This document shows, one piece after another, positions 13,741 through 28,152 of a stretch of DNA of 64,000 nucleotides. Location of the stretch: positions 312,108,001 through 312,172,000 of the forward strand of contig OZ024743.1 of assembly GCA_964016885.1 (NCBI GenBank). The letters run 5' to 3'. The notes beneath the pieces were generated by a model, which did not search any database, was not told where the DNA came from, and saw nothing but the letters and a program-made list of their open reading frames with translations. The position numbers and the translations under genes are program-made. Position 1 is the stretch's first letter. Every line of letters starts with the position of its first letter. Origin of the DNA: Eledone cirrhosa (Eukaryota).

Positions 13741-14541
13741 TCTAACAAAGAAAATTTCACTATCAGGAAAAAGACCACCTAGCATCATTCAAAAAAGAAC
13801 CTGTTAATCATCATCGTCAAACTCATTTAACACCTGTTTTTCTATACTAGCATTGGTTGGACATGTTAAAACAGACCAAGTTAGTTCTTAATTGGAGTTA
13901 TTGCCCTTTCATTGATGAACCAGGAGCCTACATCTTCCTTACATAATTACAGTTTAAGCATGGTTTCTATGGCTAGATGCCCTTCCTGACTTTACAGAGT
14001 TGGTGTTAAGAAAGACAACCAACCAAAGAAACCATGCCAATAATACTAATAATAATTGTTTCTAATTTAGGCACAAGGCCAATCATTTTGAAGGAGAGGA
14101 AAGTCAATTACATCGACCCCAATGCATTACTGGTACTTTATTTTATCTACCCCCACCCCTTCTATAAGGATAAAAGGCAGAAGCTAACCTCAGCGTTATT
14201 TGAACTCAGAATGTAAAGGGCTGTAACTATATGCCACAAAGCATGTTGTCCGATGCTCTACCGATAATGTCAATTCACCGGCCTCATTATTATTATAAAT
14301 AATAATGGTGTTTTATTTATTAGCCTCAAGGACTCGTACATAGAATAGAGTCAATATTAGGAATATAGGGGTCACAAAACATGAGGGGCCGGACAAATAA
14401 AGTTATATAAAATCGAATGACATTAGACAAAACAATTTGATAAACCATGAAATATCTATATGCCACAAACCATGTAGTCTGACGCTCTACCACCTCACAC
14501 AATCCAAATTTAGTTTTTTTAAATCTTAAAATGGAACTCAC

Positions 14542-14877
14542 CACCAGACGGGAGCAGGAGAGTGAAATTAAGTGCAAAGTTATTGCGACGGTAGTCATTG
14601 AAACATGTGCGTTGTTCATCATGAATAGTAATACCAGAAATTTGTGGCCGTGCTGATGCACTTGTGGTAGTAGTAGTGGTAGTAGTACTAGTAGTAGTAG
14701 TAGATAGACTGCTGATGTTATGATTGTAAATAACATCAGTAATTGTAGCACTACCTCCTTCTCCTCCTCCTCTTGATGTAGGAATATCAACACTGGATTG
14801 GTAATGGTACTTCTGCCAACTCTGTACACTACCTTTGCTTCGGTTGCGTTCAAGTTCTCGGTTCACATAGTGGCATC
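14542..14877 (-). CDS. IL-17R-like gene, exon 3 (Thr-rich insert and start of FnIII-1)
   Basis: ctttag| acceptor, |GTGAGT donor, 336 nt, phase 1 to 1. CHYVNRELERN...STTTTSTTTTTTTTS...RTCFNDYRRNNFALNFTLLLPSG (ORF 14519..14866). Confidence 0.9.
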
Positions 14878-16651
14878 CTAAAGTTTGGGGGGATTTTTTA
14901 AAAAGGAAAAGAAAAGAAAAAAAAGTTTGAAAAATGTGAAATTAATTTTATTTTTGTTTGTTTATTTATAGAATTCTGCAATCATTGTAATCTATATTAT
15001 AATAATTGTACACCATTTTTCTCTGTCTGTCACACAACTGCTACACTCTGTAAAAACTGTTCTAAAATATTTATTGAGAATTTATGGACAAAGATGTGGG
15101 GACAAATGTTCTAAAATGTGTTCTCTGTCAACAGAGTTGTGTATCTCTTTCCATCTAGCTATTGATCAGCAAGTGTATGTGTGTATATATATGTGTGCGT
15201 ATATATGTATGTGTGTATATATATATATCAACAGTCGATCGACTTTCATCAAATCAGACGAAGTAAACAATGTTTCCATTGGTCTTTCCAGTTGCTAATA
15301 CTATCTATCGGTCGCAACTCCAGGTAGAAGGAGCAACGTGAAATAAAGTGTTTTCCCCAAGGACATAACGCATCGCCCGGTCCGGAAATTGAACTCACAA
15401 CCTCATGATTGCGAATCCAATTCTCTAACCACTCAGCCACGTAATTACTCCAATCAGTCTACTAACCCTCCATAAATACACTAAACCAAATGCCAGCCTG
15501 AACCCATGACTGCTGCCAAACAAATGATACTCACCCTCCAAATTCAGCAAATCAAATGCAGACCATCTGTTCTCCCAAACTCAGCTTATACAACCTTAAT
15601 ATATATATATATTAATGAAAACTGAAGGCCGGATTCCAAATATTTCTTTAATGTTGCATAAACCAAAATACATATTTCTACAGCCTGCTTATGTCATCAG
15701 ATCATGATGCAAGACATGGCGATGTCATCAGGTGTAAATAGCAAATATTAAGTAATCATTTACTAGATTACAGCAAATATAAACAGAGAATAGAATGGAT
15801 ACAGAGTCACACAGACTGACAGACTGCCTCTGTAAGCCACACACTTGACAATGCTATGCATTGTGGGTTCATAGGTGTGACCAAGAGGGTGACGGTTGTC
15901 TGGTAGTTACAGAATTCTGCTATCATCATTATTGTTTAACACCCATTTTCCACGTGAATTAATGTTAAGATAGCTGTTACTTAATCATATTTATTGCATA
16001 ATATGTATTTGAGTGACACCGGTTTAAGTCAATTTTCCTGGTTGTCTCATGGTTCCCATGAGGGGCATAGTTTAATCATTCAATAGGTGTTGTCACAGTT
16101 CTCAGGTGCTTATGAAGTGGCATACACTTAGCATACTGTAGGACTCTGGTCAGATGATGACCTGAAGTGAAGGATAAATTTTGAACTGCATAGTTTGTAT
16201 ATTTCTCTTCTAGTATTTAGGCAGGAATCAGGTTCTGATGAGTTCCTCAAAATTAGCCATCTTTCTGTACAGCAGAACTTGCTAACCATCAATTGATGTT
16301 GTAGTTTACAAAACCATCTTTCAAAAATCCAGACAAGATTTACTCATATAAACTATACTGCAGTTTAATCAAATTCTTCCATTTCTTTCACATTTCATTT
16401 GTTGAAACATGTGTAAGTCGAATTAAAATGTCTTAAATTCCTTCAGAATTCCTGGATTTATCTATATGCTGTGTAATAACACTCATACAATAACTAGGAT
16501 TTGTTTAGCCAGTGTTTTAATTCCTAACTCCATATGGATTATATCTTGGATGGATCTGTTTGCTTTATTTCCTGATTGTTGAAACACATCAAGCTTGAAA
16601 AAAATGTTTGGCAAAATTTTACTAATTTGATCTTTCAACTAATTACCCTTG

Positions 16652-16700
<49 letters not shown>

Positions 16701-18209
16701 TCATCATTATCATCGTTTAAAATCCATTTTCTACACTAGTATGGGTTAGTTGGGTTATCCCATTTGAAGCAATTTGAGTCAGGTGACCGTCTTACTTATA
16801 TAGAATTGTTTCTGGCTAGGTTTCTACAACTGGATGCCCTTCCTAACACCAACCACATTTACAGTGTCTGTTGGATGCTTTTTGTCATGACACCTACACG
16901 ACTACTTTACAGTGTGGGCTGGGTGCTTTTTGTCATGACACCTACACGACCACGTTACTCTGTGGGCTGGGTGCTTTGTGTCGTGGCATCTACACCACCA
17001 CGTTACTGTGTGGGCTAGGTGCTTTGTGTCGTGGCACCTACACGACCACTTGCATCTGTATGTGTGTGTGTGTGTATATAAATAATACACACACACACAT
17101 ATATATATACACACATATATACATACATATATACACACACATATACACACACAATCCACAATCATAGTTATTATAGCTTTGTTAAAGTTTGGTGTAAGAA
17201 AAGAAGTAGATATTACATATTCTGTACATAAAACAATGGGTTTATGTACTACTATATATATAATTCCAAATGTATGGCCAAGTTTAGAGATATAAAGAGT
17301 AATTCAGAGACTCTTTGTTGTAGCAATAGAAAGGTCAGGATAGTTCCATCTCCTATTACAAGCTGTTTAAACTCAGGAAATATGTTAACATTCTCTGAAT
17401 AATATGGGCAGAGATTCTGCAAAAGACCACACTACATAACTGAGAAAGAAAATTATCTCATCTCTAGATTATTACAACTGCATGTCCTCAAATTCAAATT
17501 AGGACAGTTTTGAAGAATTTCATCTCTAAAAATGCTAGCTTCTTTCATAGCATAACAAGGGCCTGATTAAAGCAACTAGGAGCCTTTGACTGGAGACCTT
17601 CCCTAGAACTTGTTCTTGAAAAAAAACGTATGTGAAATTTACAGCTTACAGCTATGCAAATTTAGTTGATCTCCTTCAAGGTTGTATCTCATAGGAGGTT
17701 TCTCAGCTGTTTTAGTGACATGTTTTGCTCAAGAACACAATGTACCATTTGAAATCATAAAGTAAACAGCCATAAATAAATGATTTGGCTAAATCCATGT
17801 TGCTTCCCCTTCGATGGCATAAGAGAAAATGAGAATTGCACATAGTGCATACCAACGTTTCCAGAAAACTCTACCAAAATACCTCCTTTTGAAAAACGGC
17901 AGGAACTTTCTGTCCAACACAATACAACACTGTTTACTTTAAAGTGTTTATATTTATCTAAAATCTTCCCATTATAATTTTAAAAACCTTTGTTAAGTTA
18001 TGTTCCAAACACCAGCTTTGATAATGAGAAAGGTAGTTATATTAATTACTAAACCCTTCCAAATTCCTGATTATTTTCAAAATTAATGAAAGGGTCAAGA
18101 TAAGACCCTAATTTTTCATCCTAAACGACTGGCAAGTGACTATAACTTTAGCCCTAAATTCTATTTTTTTTTTTGTTAGATAGTTTTAAAAAATGAATGT
18201 TGCACTCAC

Positions 18210-18258
18210 GTTCTTCTTTATGAACTGTACAGATTAATTTTGTATCTTCATCCTTTGG
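18210..18258 (-). CDS. IL-17R-like gene, exon 2
   Basis: tttatttcag| acceptor, |GTGAGT donor, 49 nt, PKDEDTKLICTVHKEE(R), phase 0 to 1. Confidence 0.85.
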
Positions 18259-18284
18259 CTGAAATAAATAATTAAATAAATAAA

Positions 18285-18860
18285 TAAATAATGGTGTTTT
18301 TCTATCGACCACAAGGGCCCATGACATTAGAAACTACAAGGACAAATTACAATACAAAGTGGGGTTTACATTGTGTAAAAATAGTCAAAATAAACAAAAA
18401 TAATGAGAGTGACTATAAAATTACAGCAAGAAAAATTACAGTAGGTGGGGAAGACCACTAAGGGTAAACTGGGACAGAAGCCCTGTACAAAGGGTAATCA
18501 GGGGCGAAAGCCCTATACAAAGACTAATCTGGGACAGAAACCCAATACAAAATCCCACCGAGGGTAATCTGGGATAAAAACCCTATACAAAATCCCACCA
18601 AGAGTAATTTGGGATAGTAACCCCATACAAAATCCTCCCAAAAGTAATCTGAGACAAAGCCCCATGCAAAGTCCAAAATCACTCTGTATCCCCAAAGGTA
18701 GTGAAAGTGCCCTCTCCCTCCTATCTTTAAAAAACATAACCAGATGCCCATTCAGCCCCATCAATCTCAGCCACCTTTCATGAAACACTCTAGAACTCAG
18801 AACCTTCCTCTCCAACTTCACATTCCTCTTCAATGAGAGTTCAGCCAGAAAGGAAAGTTC
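18285..18860 (-). mobile_element. LINE 3' end (possibly Tx1/L1-like) with an internal ~36-bp tandem array
   Basis: KRNVKLERKVLSSRVFHERW tail. Repeated unit 'atacaaaatccc..gtaatctggga' at 18460-18670. Similar tails near 13070, 14310 and 55435. Confidence 0.5.
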
Positions 18861-21006
18861 CTGTCCTAAAACCTTTCACTTATATCCACAACCATGATGC
18901 AGAGAAAAACTTACTGTTCTTTCTTGCCAATGGGAATTTGCAGTTCAATTTTTAATTCATCCATCCCCAGCCTGTATACATGTTTCACCCCCTCATCATT
19001 CACCAAATCCCTGCCTTCCACATCCCCTTATACACTTCCTGTCCAACCCATACATAAAACATGGAAAGCTGGGCACACACTACACTACTCTTCTACAGTA
19101 CTACCACCACAACAAAGAGCACCCAGTCTAACCTATAAGGTGGTTGTGCCGGTGACATGACAAAAAGTACCTAAAAGGATGATTATGCTGCTACCACAAT
19201 GAAAAAGCACCCAGTCCACCCTGTTAGATGGCTGTTTTGGTGCCAAGATAAAAAAACACTCAGTCTATGCTGTAATGTGGGTAGATTTAGGAAAGGCATC
19301 CATCCAGAGAAACCTAACCAAAATACATGCAAGACGTAGTTACCTGATCTGACTTGTCTCATAATGTGACAATCTGTCTAACACATGTGAGCATGGAAAA
19401 ATAGCAGTGATGATGATGATAACACGATATCAGCTGTTCGGCATAATCCCACAAATCTATGATATGCAGACACTGAGTGATAGAATGCAGCACAGTTTCA
19501 TCAGCCTGTATACATTTCCCTGCTTGTTGAGCTTTTCTCAAACAGCTAATGTATGTCTGTAGTATTGCCAAGCCAAAGAATTTTGGAAACTGTCCATAGT
19601 CCCCAAAAAAACCTGAATGTCCTCCAGAAAAGTCTGCTCTTTTATGTCTTACATGGTTCCTAGGCTATCGTCACTCATTCCTCCAGTAACCATCTATAGA
19701 CAACAACAACAACAATAATTGATTATCAGTTATAAATAAGTGTAATTGTTTCACTCGAAATAAAGACAGGAATACCAACCTGCATGAAACTCACCCTGGT
19801 TCTATAATGGTTTCTGATTTAGGCACAAGGCCAACAATTTTTGGGGAGGGGAAAGTCGATTAAATCAAACCCTGTGCATTACTGGTACTTTATTTTATCA
19901 ACCCCATAAGGATGAAAGGCAAACCTAACCTCAGTTGGGTTTGAACTAAGAATGTAAAGGGCCGCAACTCTATCCCACAAAGCATGTGTTGCTCGACGTT
20001 CCACTGATACTGCTAATCCACTGCTCTTAAGCCCCTGGTTCTATAATACTAACTGCTTATATTTATCTAAAACCTTCCATTATAACTTTATGTAAAAAAC
20101 ATTTGTTAAGTTATGCCCCAAACAACAGCTTAATAATGAGAAAGTTAACTATATTACTAAATCTCCAACAAATTCATAATTATTTTTCAAACTGAGTTGA
20201 AAACCATTGGCAGTATCTTTAATTAGAAATATGGTAAGGAAAGTGTTAAATAACATTTAAGAATATATATGCGTGAGGTGTGTGGGTCGGTGTATGGCAG
20301 CCTTTGCCTTTCCCTTGGATGACATCAGTGGTGTGGAGAGGGGTGACTGGTATGCATGGGCGGCTGCTGGTCTTCCACAAATAACCTTGCCTGGGCTTGT
20401 GCCTCAGAGGGGAACTTTCCAGGTAGAAATCCCATGATCATTCATAACCAAATATGGTCTTTACCCATTTTATATATAATGTGTGATAGTTTGCTTGAAC
20501 ATTGTGGATTATGAAAATGAAAAGTGGGTATGTTTAGAAAGCCCTAATCTCTCTCACCTCCCTTCCAACTTGTTATCTTGGTAATTCTAACCCACTTGCA
20601 TTGTATAGCTTTCTAAATATACCCACACATATATATATATATATACTATCAGGTCCCAAATAATAGGGGAAGTGGGGGGGGGGGGTAAGTGGAGGAGGGT
20701 TTGGAAAATCAGTGATTTTTCTAGAATGTCTTTGTTGATTTTTTTTAGAAACTAGAATTAGTCTTTTAGTTTACATATTGAGACCCCAACCACCCCATTT
20801 ATTTTATAATGTATGAGATTTCTTGCAATATCCATTCTTTGTCATGTATAATGTTTTTTAATCTCTAAAGAAAATTAATTGTCACAGGAATGCTACCATT
20901 TCAATAAAATTTCGTCGGAGATAGATTAGCAAAATTTAGTAAGCAGGAAGGGTTGGAAAAATCTAGAAAAATTAATAAGATAGGAGTGGGTATTCGAGAC
21001 CCGAGA

Positions 21007-21073
<67 letters not shown>

Positions 21074-23434
21074 ACAGATTTCCACACAGTTTCTAGCTAC
21101 CAAATTTCATTGACTGTAAGTGTTACAAAAAGCGTTCAGCACACACTGTAAATGTGGTTGGCATCAGGAAGGGCATCCAGCCATAGAATATCTAGCCAGA
21201 AACAGTTCTATATGAACAAGACACAGTCACCTGACCCAACTTGCCTCTAATGGGACAACCCGTCTAACCCATGCTAGCGTGGAAAATGGATGATGATGAT
21301 GATAAAGGCTTTAGTCAGCCTGAAGCTATAGTAGAATACTTGGTCCAAGGTGTCACACACTGTGAGTCAACCCAAAACAACAGCCATGCCCACACCTATA
21401 TTTAATCAGATTTTTCCCACTGAAAGCTGTTGATATAGATCAAAGTAAAACGTTTTTTTCTTTTTGCATTTTTAAAATTATGACTAAATCTATCTGATCT
21501 TACATAATGAAGTAATAATATATTGTGTGAAGGAAGAGATCAGAGATATTGATGAATTGGCTAATTAATATTTACGATATTGATTTCTTTTGTATTAATC
21601 ACAAAGCCAATTTTATTTTCCTTTTATACGCATAGTAAGCAAGTTAAGTAGCCACAGTGAAGTATCTAGTCCGGTGCTCGACAATCCAAACTATCTCAGC
21701 CAACTTCAATAGTACTAGTAATATTGATTGCTTTTGACTAGACACAAAGCCAAAATTTAGAAAAAGAGGGTGTGGTAGTGGAGTGTTTAGTCAATCAAAC
21801 CAACTTTAGCTCATTACTCTGCCAATTAAATAATTTTGACACTAGAAAGATGAAAGACTGAGTCAACTAGATATGATTTGAACTGGGAACATTCAATGAA
21901 ATACACTCTGTTGCAATTAATTAATAACTTTGATAACAGCCTGGCTAATACATGCTCTGGTTCTGAGAAACAAAATCGCCCATTTTAAAGGACATCTATT
22001 TAAATTAAATCTTCCAATAAAATTTTATATAAGAATCTTTTGTTAAGTAATGGTGTCACAATTTGAATAATGAAATAATTAATAATTTGAGTAAATTGCT
22101 CCAAGATCTTCATTAATTAATTCAAATACAGTGTATTTCATTAGAAATCATCATCATCACCATTTAACAACCATTTTTCAATGCTAGCATGGATTAGACG
22201 AGTTGTCCTGTTGTGAGAAAAGTCAGATCAGATGACTGTCTTGCTCAGACAGAACTGTTTCTGGCTTGATTTCTATGGCTATATGCCCTTCCTAACACCA
22301 ACCACATTTACATTGTGAACTGGGTGCAGCAGGACCACTTTACAGTGTAGACTGGGTGCTCTTTATTGTAGCACCAAAACAACCAACTGACAAGTTGGAC
22401 TGGGCGCTTTTTGTCGTGGCACCACACAACCACTTTACAGGGTGGACTGGGTACTTTCTGTTGAGTCACCATCATCACCACTTTACAGAGTGGACTGGGC
22501 GTTTTTTGTCATGTCACCAACATGACCACTTTACAAGGGTGGACTAAGCACTTTTTGTTATGACACCAGCATGGCACTTATACATGGTTGGTTGGGTGCT
22601 TTTTCATCAGTATGAGCACCTTACATGATGGACTAGATGCTTTTGTTGAAACCAGCATAACTACCTTACAGGGTGGACTGGGAGCTTTTAGCCATTTCAG
22701 CAGCATTGTGGAGGAGCATGTCAAGCTTCCCATGCTTGAATGCATAGGTTGGACAAGAAAGGTGTATGAGATGTGGAAAGTGCATGCTGCATGTATGCAG
22801 GATGGGGATTGGAGAGAAATATGTTAATGAAAAGGTTTATGATCAAGCTTAATGACATATCCAAATTGATTAATTCATTTCTTATGAATTAATGCTACCA
22901 TGAATGTGGCAACTTTTATAGTGCTGGTACCACAATAAAATGCACCATTTATGAAGTGATTCTATAAAGTGATAGTAGTAGTGTCACGAAAAACACACCC
23001 ATACTGATGTCACGAAAATATAAAATACACCCAGCACACATCCTGTAAGGTGGTTGGTGTGACAAAGAACATTCGGTTGTAGAAACCAGACCAAATATGG
23101 AATGTAAGGAGCAAAATTGATTGCTCCAACACATATGGTCTAGAACTATGACAACCTGTCCAACCAATGCCAGTGCAGAAATGGGATGCAAAATGATTAT
23201 GACACAACCACAATTCATTGTATACACAAACAAACACAAAGACATACACAGCTCAAATGTGTGTGTACGCATATGTTTACATTTACTGTGCGCTTATGTC
23301 CCATAATTTAGCAGTTTGGCAAACAGAGATCAATAAAATTAGCATTGGACAAGAAAAAAAACAGCAAGCACTGAGGTTGATGTGATCAACTAAATCTCTT
23401 CAAGACAGTGCCCCAGCATAGCCACAGTCTAATG

Positions 23435-23630
23435 CAACATTTCTCAACCATTTTACCCTTGTGGAACCCTTGAAATAGTTTCATGTCTCAAGGAACCCCT
23501 GCATAAAAATTATTTTATACCATTATTAATATCTAAATGCATTAGCTTATTTATCTCCATTTCTCGTGGAACCCCTAATGATCTCTTGCAAAACCCTAGG
23601 GTTCCGGGGAACACCAGTTGAAAAACGTTG
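23435..23630. mobile_element. hAT-type MITE inserted in a SINE tail
   Basis: Perfect 8-bp TSD GTCTAATG. TIRs CAACATTTCTCAAC and CAACGTTTTTCAAC. Confidence 0.9.
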
Positions 23631-23990
23631 GTCTAATGACTGAAAATAATAAAAGACTAAAAGAATAATAGTAATACCACAACAAAGCAAATATATTTTG
23701 TCAGCATTTAACATCCCTTTTCCGTACTTAAATAAATATGGAAGAGGCTTAACACGATAAAAAAAATAGTAAAAGAATATTACTGCATATATTTGAATAT
23801 AAGCCAACCCATTTATGTCAGAGAAATGGACAAAAATCCAAATCCCATTTATAAGCCATAGCAGCTAATCAAAACAATGCTTAGATGGTGCGGTTTTGAA
23901 ACTCTCATGATTAGAGAATATATTTATGAAGTTTTCATATTTTGATATCTAAAATGTTTTAAGTGTTGTTTAGAATATAGTTTTTGTTTT

Positions 23991-25100
23991 ACAACAAATA
24001 GGAACAACAACAAAATATGAAGACGTCGCATCTCAGAGTTGCAACACTTAATGTTGGCACTCTCAGAGGTAGATCTGCTGAAATAGCGGAGATGCTGGAG
24101 AGAAGGCAGGTGGATGTGTGCTGCGTGCAGGAGGTGAGATGGAGAGGTGCCTCTGCGAGACTAGTCGTAGGCAAACGTCTTAGCTATAAGCTATTCTGGG
24201 TAGGTAAGGATGATGGGTTAGGGGGAGTAGGCATTTTCCTGGCTGAGAAATGGATCAATAAGATAATAGAGGTAGTTCGAGTTAGTAATCGAATAATTAA
24301 GCTTAGATTAGTTGTAGGCAGGAGACTACTGACAATCATCTCGGCCTATGCTCCCCAAGCAGGCCTAGGCAAAGATGAGAAAGACTGCTTTTACGAGCAA
24401 CTTTTACAAACAACCGCAATGACAGAGGACGGAGACATCGTTATGCTAGCAGGAGACTTCAATGGTCATGTTGGACAGCTCCAGGATGGTTACACTGGGG
24501 TACATGGTGGGCACAGTTACGGCTCAAGAAATGAAAAAGGAGTGAGACTTCTTGAATTTTGTGATGCAGGTACATTGACTATTTGCAACACAAACTTCCA
24601 GAAACCTGCCAATCACCTAATAACCGATGTCGATGTAAACCTCGGAGTGGGGAGACCCGAGATGACCTGGGATGAGGTGATAAAAGCCGACCTTACCCAA
24701 TTACACTTCTCAAAGGCAATGACACACGACTGTGACCTCTGGCGTCACGCAGTAATACAGAGTACCCGACCTCCCATGGGTACAAGCTGAAGCATATAGA
24801 CAATATGCCCCCACACCCTCTCACTGCAAGGTGGTCGTGGAGGTGCCACGGCAAAAAAGCACCCAGCCCACACTGTAAAGTGGATGTGTAGGTTCCACAG
24901 AAAAAGCACCCAGCACTCACTGTAAATGAGGTTGGTGTTAGGAAGGGCATCCAGCTGTAGAAATCAAGCCAAAATCAGTTCCTGTATGAACAAGGCATGG
25001 TCAGCCGACCAGACACTGCCCACAACAGGACAACCCGTCTAACCCATGCTAGCATGGAAGAACGGACGTAAAACGGTGATGATGATGATGATGATGATGA
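23991..25100 (+). mobile_element. Internally deleted or chimeric RTE: endonuclease fused directly to the 3' end
   Basis: ORF 24017-24790 has the APE domain up to NHLIT, then jumps to GVGRPEMTWDEVIKADL. 3'UTR and (GAT)n tail follow. Confidence 0.9.
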
Positions 25101-25184
25101 TTATGGAATGATTTTTTTACCAATTTCCAACTGTTTTCAAGGCCATATTCATTCAAAACACATCAAAAATGAATTTCATGTTGA

Positions 25185-25325
25185 AAGTGAAACCAGTATA
25201 ATATTTACCTCCAAAGTGAAACTGAAGTAGTATTTACCTCCAAAGTGAAATTGGTGTAGTATTCACCTCCAAAGTGAAATTGGTGTAGTATTCACCTCCA
25301 AAGTAAAACCAGAGCAATATTCACA
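25185..25325. repeat. ~29-bp minisatellite, about 5 copies
   Basis: Unit ~'tattcacctccaaagtgaaattggtgtag'. Confidence 0.9.
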
Positions 25326-25824
25326 TACGAAGCGAAAATATTTTAGAATTTCATTCACGTAGAATTTTGAAATTAATGAAAATCGGCAAAATATTGACTT
25401 CGAATATAGGTCAACTCTTTTATAAATCAACTATTTTATCATCGATTTTTTTTTTTTGTCACATATTTCTCGACTTATATACGAGTCCATGCTGTAATTC
25501 TATAATTCCTTTGTACTGCCAGATAACTAGTCTAAATAAAGCATTAAATCATAAATCAGTCGTGGGCAAACTACAGACTGCGAGCTGTATGCTTTGGCTT
25601 TCTGAATGGCATGCCTAATTTCAAAATTGCCTAGAATCTTTTAGTAGTGCAGCCCACTTTATGATGAGCCACATCATATGCGGCCCACTGCTCGAAAAAG
25701 GTTTCCCATGTCTCTCCTAAATATATGAAAGCCACAAGAAAAATAATTAATAAAAACAGAAAACAATAAAGAAATATCATCATCATTTTATAACTGCATC
25801 CCATGCTGACATTGGTCAAACAGG

Positions 25825-26120
25825 TTGTCACTGTCTGAGACTAGATGGACGCTGACCTCAAAACTGGAAAGAAGATTGGATAGAGCCTACACTCGCATGC
25901 TAAAAGTGGTTTTGAGTGTCACATGGAGAGATCGTCTGACCAATGAGCAACTGTATGGGAATTTTCGTCCAGTATCAGACATCATCAAAGAGCTTAGAGT
26001 CAGATTCACTGGGTATTGCTAGAGAGCTAAAGACAAAATTGTTAGTGAAGTTCTTTTGTCTACACAAGGAAGAACTTTCAGAGGATGACAAACCAAGACC
26101 TATATCAAGTAGATCTGTGA
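25825..26120 (+). mobile_element. Old RTE-like LINE fragment
   Basis: LDRAYTRMLKVVLSVTWRDRLTNEQLY. Confidence 0.7.
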
Positions 26121-27809
26121 TGACATAAACTGCAATCCCTCTGTCATGCCAAATATGCTGAACAACTGAATTAGATGGCAACAAAGATTCAAGAGAAGCT
26201 GTACAAGCAGTGGGACCTAGCAGATTTGAGCTGACATAAACTGCAATCCCTCTGCCCTGTTGAATATGATGAACAATAGAATTGGATGGCAACAGAGAGT
26301 CAAGGGAATTCATGCAAGCAGTCCAACCTATTAATTGATTGATTTGTGGCTTATTTAATGTCAACAGAAGTAAATATAAAATATATAAAGTGAACTAATA
26401 CCCCCTAGGGTTAGTGGTTAGGGTGTTGGACTCACAATTATAAATTAATGGGCTTGATTTCTGGACCAGGTGGTGCATTGTGTTTTTGTTTAAGTAAGAC
26501 ACTTCATTTCACACTGCTTTTTATAATAGGACTGGGGCCCCTATCATTAAAACACACAAAAAAAAACTCCTATAAAAGGCAAACCTCATAGGAAACCAGC
26601 TAAATCTACATAGGTGAGCTGTAACAACATAAGATTGGGGTCCCTATCATTAAATCATCCGAGAAACCACCTATAAAATACAACCTTGTAGCTAAATCTA
26701 CATAGGTATGAGCTCTTACAACATAAGGGCCCCTATTATTAAAAGATCTGAGAAACCTCATATGAAATACAACCTTGTAGCTAAACCTACAGAGGTGGAA
26801 GCAGTTCATCGAATGACTGAATGCTTATCATCAAAATCAGTGGAGGATCTATCATTATCATCATCATCGTTGTATGGTTTAACATCTTTACTTGTCACAA
26901 ACATTGGACGTTTTGATAGCCTCTTTCAAAGCATTTCTCCGGGTTATTTGTTCCAGGGACAGATTTGGATCCAGGTTCCAGGCTTTCAAATCATCCCTGA
27001 TTATTTCTTCCCAGCTCCTATGCCCCCCCCCCCCTCTTCCTCATATAGCAGGGGCCATAATCTTGGTACATCAATGTATCCACCCACCACTACAGTTTAC
27101 ATATCCAAACAAATGCAGTCTACATGACCTTAAAACAGAGTCAAGTGCTGTTATCTTTAATTTTTAGTAGAGAGATGCAGTGTGAACTCATACAACAAAA
27201 AACACAATGATCAATCGATTGAATTGATCAACATGATTCCAGACCTCATTCATTTACCGAGAAGGGAGGGTGGAACTCACCAAATCGGACCAAAGAAACA
27301 ATGTTTCCATTGCTGATACTATCTACTAGTCACAACTCCTGGCAGAAAATACAATGATAGAAAACAAATATTTACAATTAAATGAGACATTTGTGAGTTA
27401 TTTAACATCAACAGAAGTAAAGGTAAACTATAAAAAGTGAACAAGAGACCCCTATCAGAACAATATATTATTAGAAGCTGCTTTTAACATTATGTCAATG
27501 TACAGTAGAACAGTAACTGCATTATGAAAAATAGGTGGTGGCAGTACATCAGTAAAATCAATCACTAATGATATTATTAGAAAAGAAGTAACAATACTCA
27601 CATGTAACCAAATATTATCATAAAGTAAATGAAAGCTTAAAGCATTAATTCATTCACTCACTCAAACTGTGTCTACTGCTATCAGGAATCTTAACCTCTT
27701 CCTATGCTTCTTTCACTCCACCTGTCCTCACCTGGCAATGAGATTTGTTGCCTATTTTTGTAATGTCCAGAGGGCCTTAGTTTTAGGTGAATTGATATGT
27801 AGTTGGAAA

Positions 27810-27813
<4 letters not shown>

Positions 27814-27882
<69 letters not shown>

Positions 27883-27932
27883 GTGTGTGTGCATGCGTGT
27901 GTGCATGTGTGTGTGTGTGTGTGTGTGTGTGT
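27814..27932. repeat. (GT)n microsatellite
   Basis: Directly visible. Confidence 0.98.
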
Positions 27933-27933
27933 C

Positions 27934-28152
27934 AACAGTTGATCGACTTTTGTCAAATCAGACCGAGGAAACAATGTTTCCGTTGGTCTTTCCAATTGCT
28001 AATACACTCTATTGGTCACAACTCCAGTTAGAAGGAGGAACGTGAAATAAAGTGTCTTGCTCAAGGACATAATGCATTGCACGGTCCAGAAATCAAACTC
28101 ACAACCTCATGACTGCGAATCCAATTCCCTTACCACTCAGCCATGCGCCTTC
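27934..28152 (-). mobile_element. tRNA/CORE-type SINE family C; copy at 15229-15442, tail fragments at 1350-1480, 27230-27345, 43250-43378
   Basis: Head TGGCTGAGTGG...GAGTTTGATTTC, CORE block, distinct tail GACCAACGGAAACATTGTTTCC. Confidence 0.8.

Noticed and set aside
16100-17560. Coding-like minus-strand stretches at 16100-16620 and 17300-17560
   Set aside because: Multiple stops and no splice-compatible borders. IIHMELGIKTL resembles a LINE ORF2 C-terminus, so these are probably old retroposon debris.
19418-19660. Open stretch with RHKR and QADET, suggesting a viral envelope or IS66-like transposase
   Set aside because: Single short motifs only. Alternative frames fit an old LINE post-RT region better.
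19653-19693. Possible 41-nt poison cassette exon (tag|...|GTAAGA) between exons 1 and 2
   Set aside because: It would frameshift to an early stop, and it adjoins what looks like a decayed LINE fragment. There is no support beyond the splice dinucleotides.
25185-25325. Regular ~29-41-bp repeats resembling a CRISPR array (also 4398-4488 and 45715-46040)
   Set aside because: Head-to-tail units without unique spacers, in a eukaryotic context with no cas genes.
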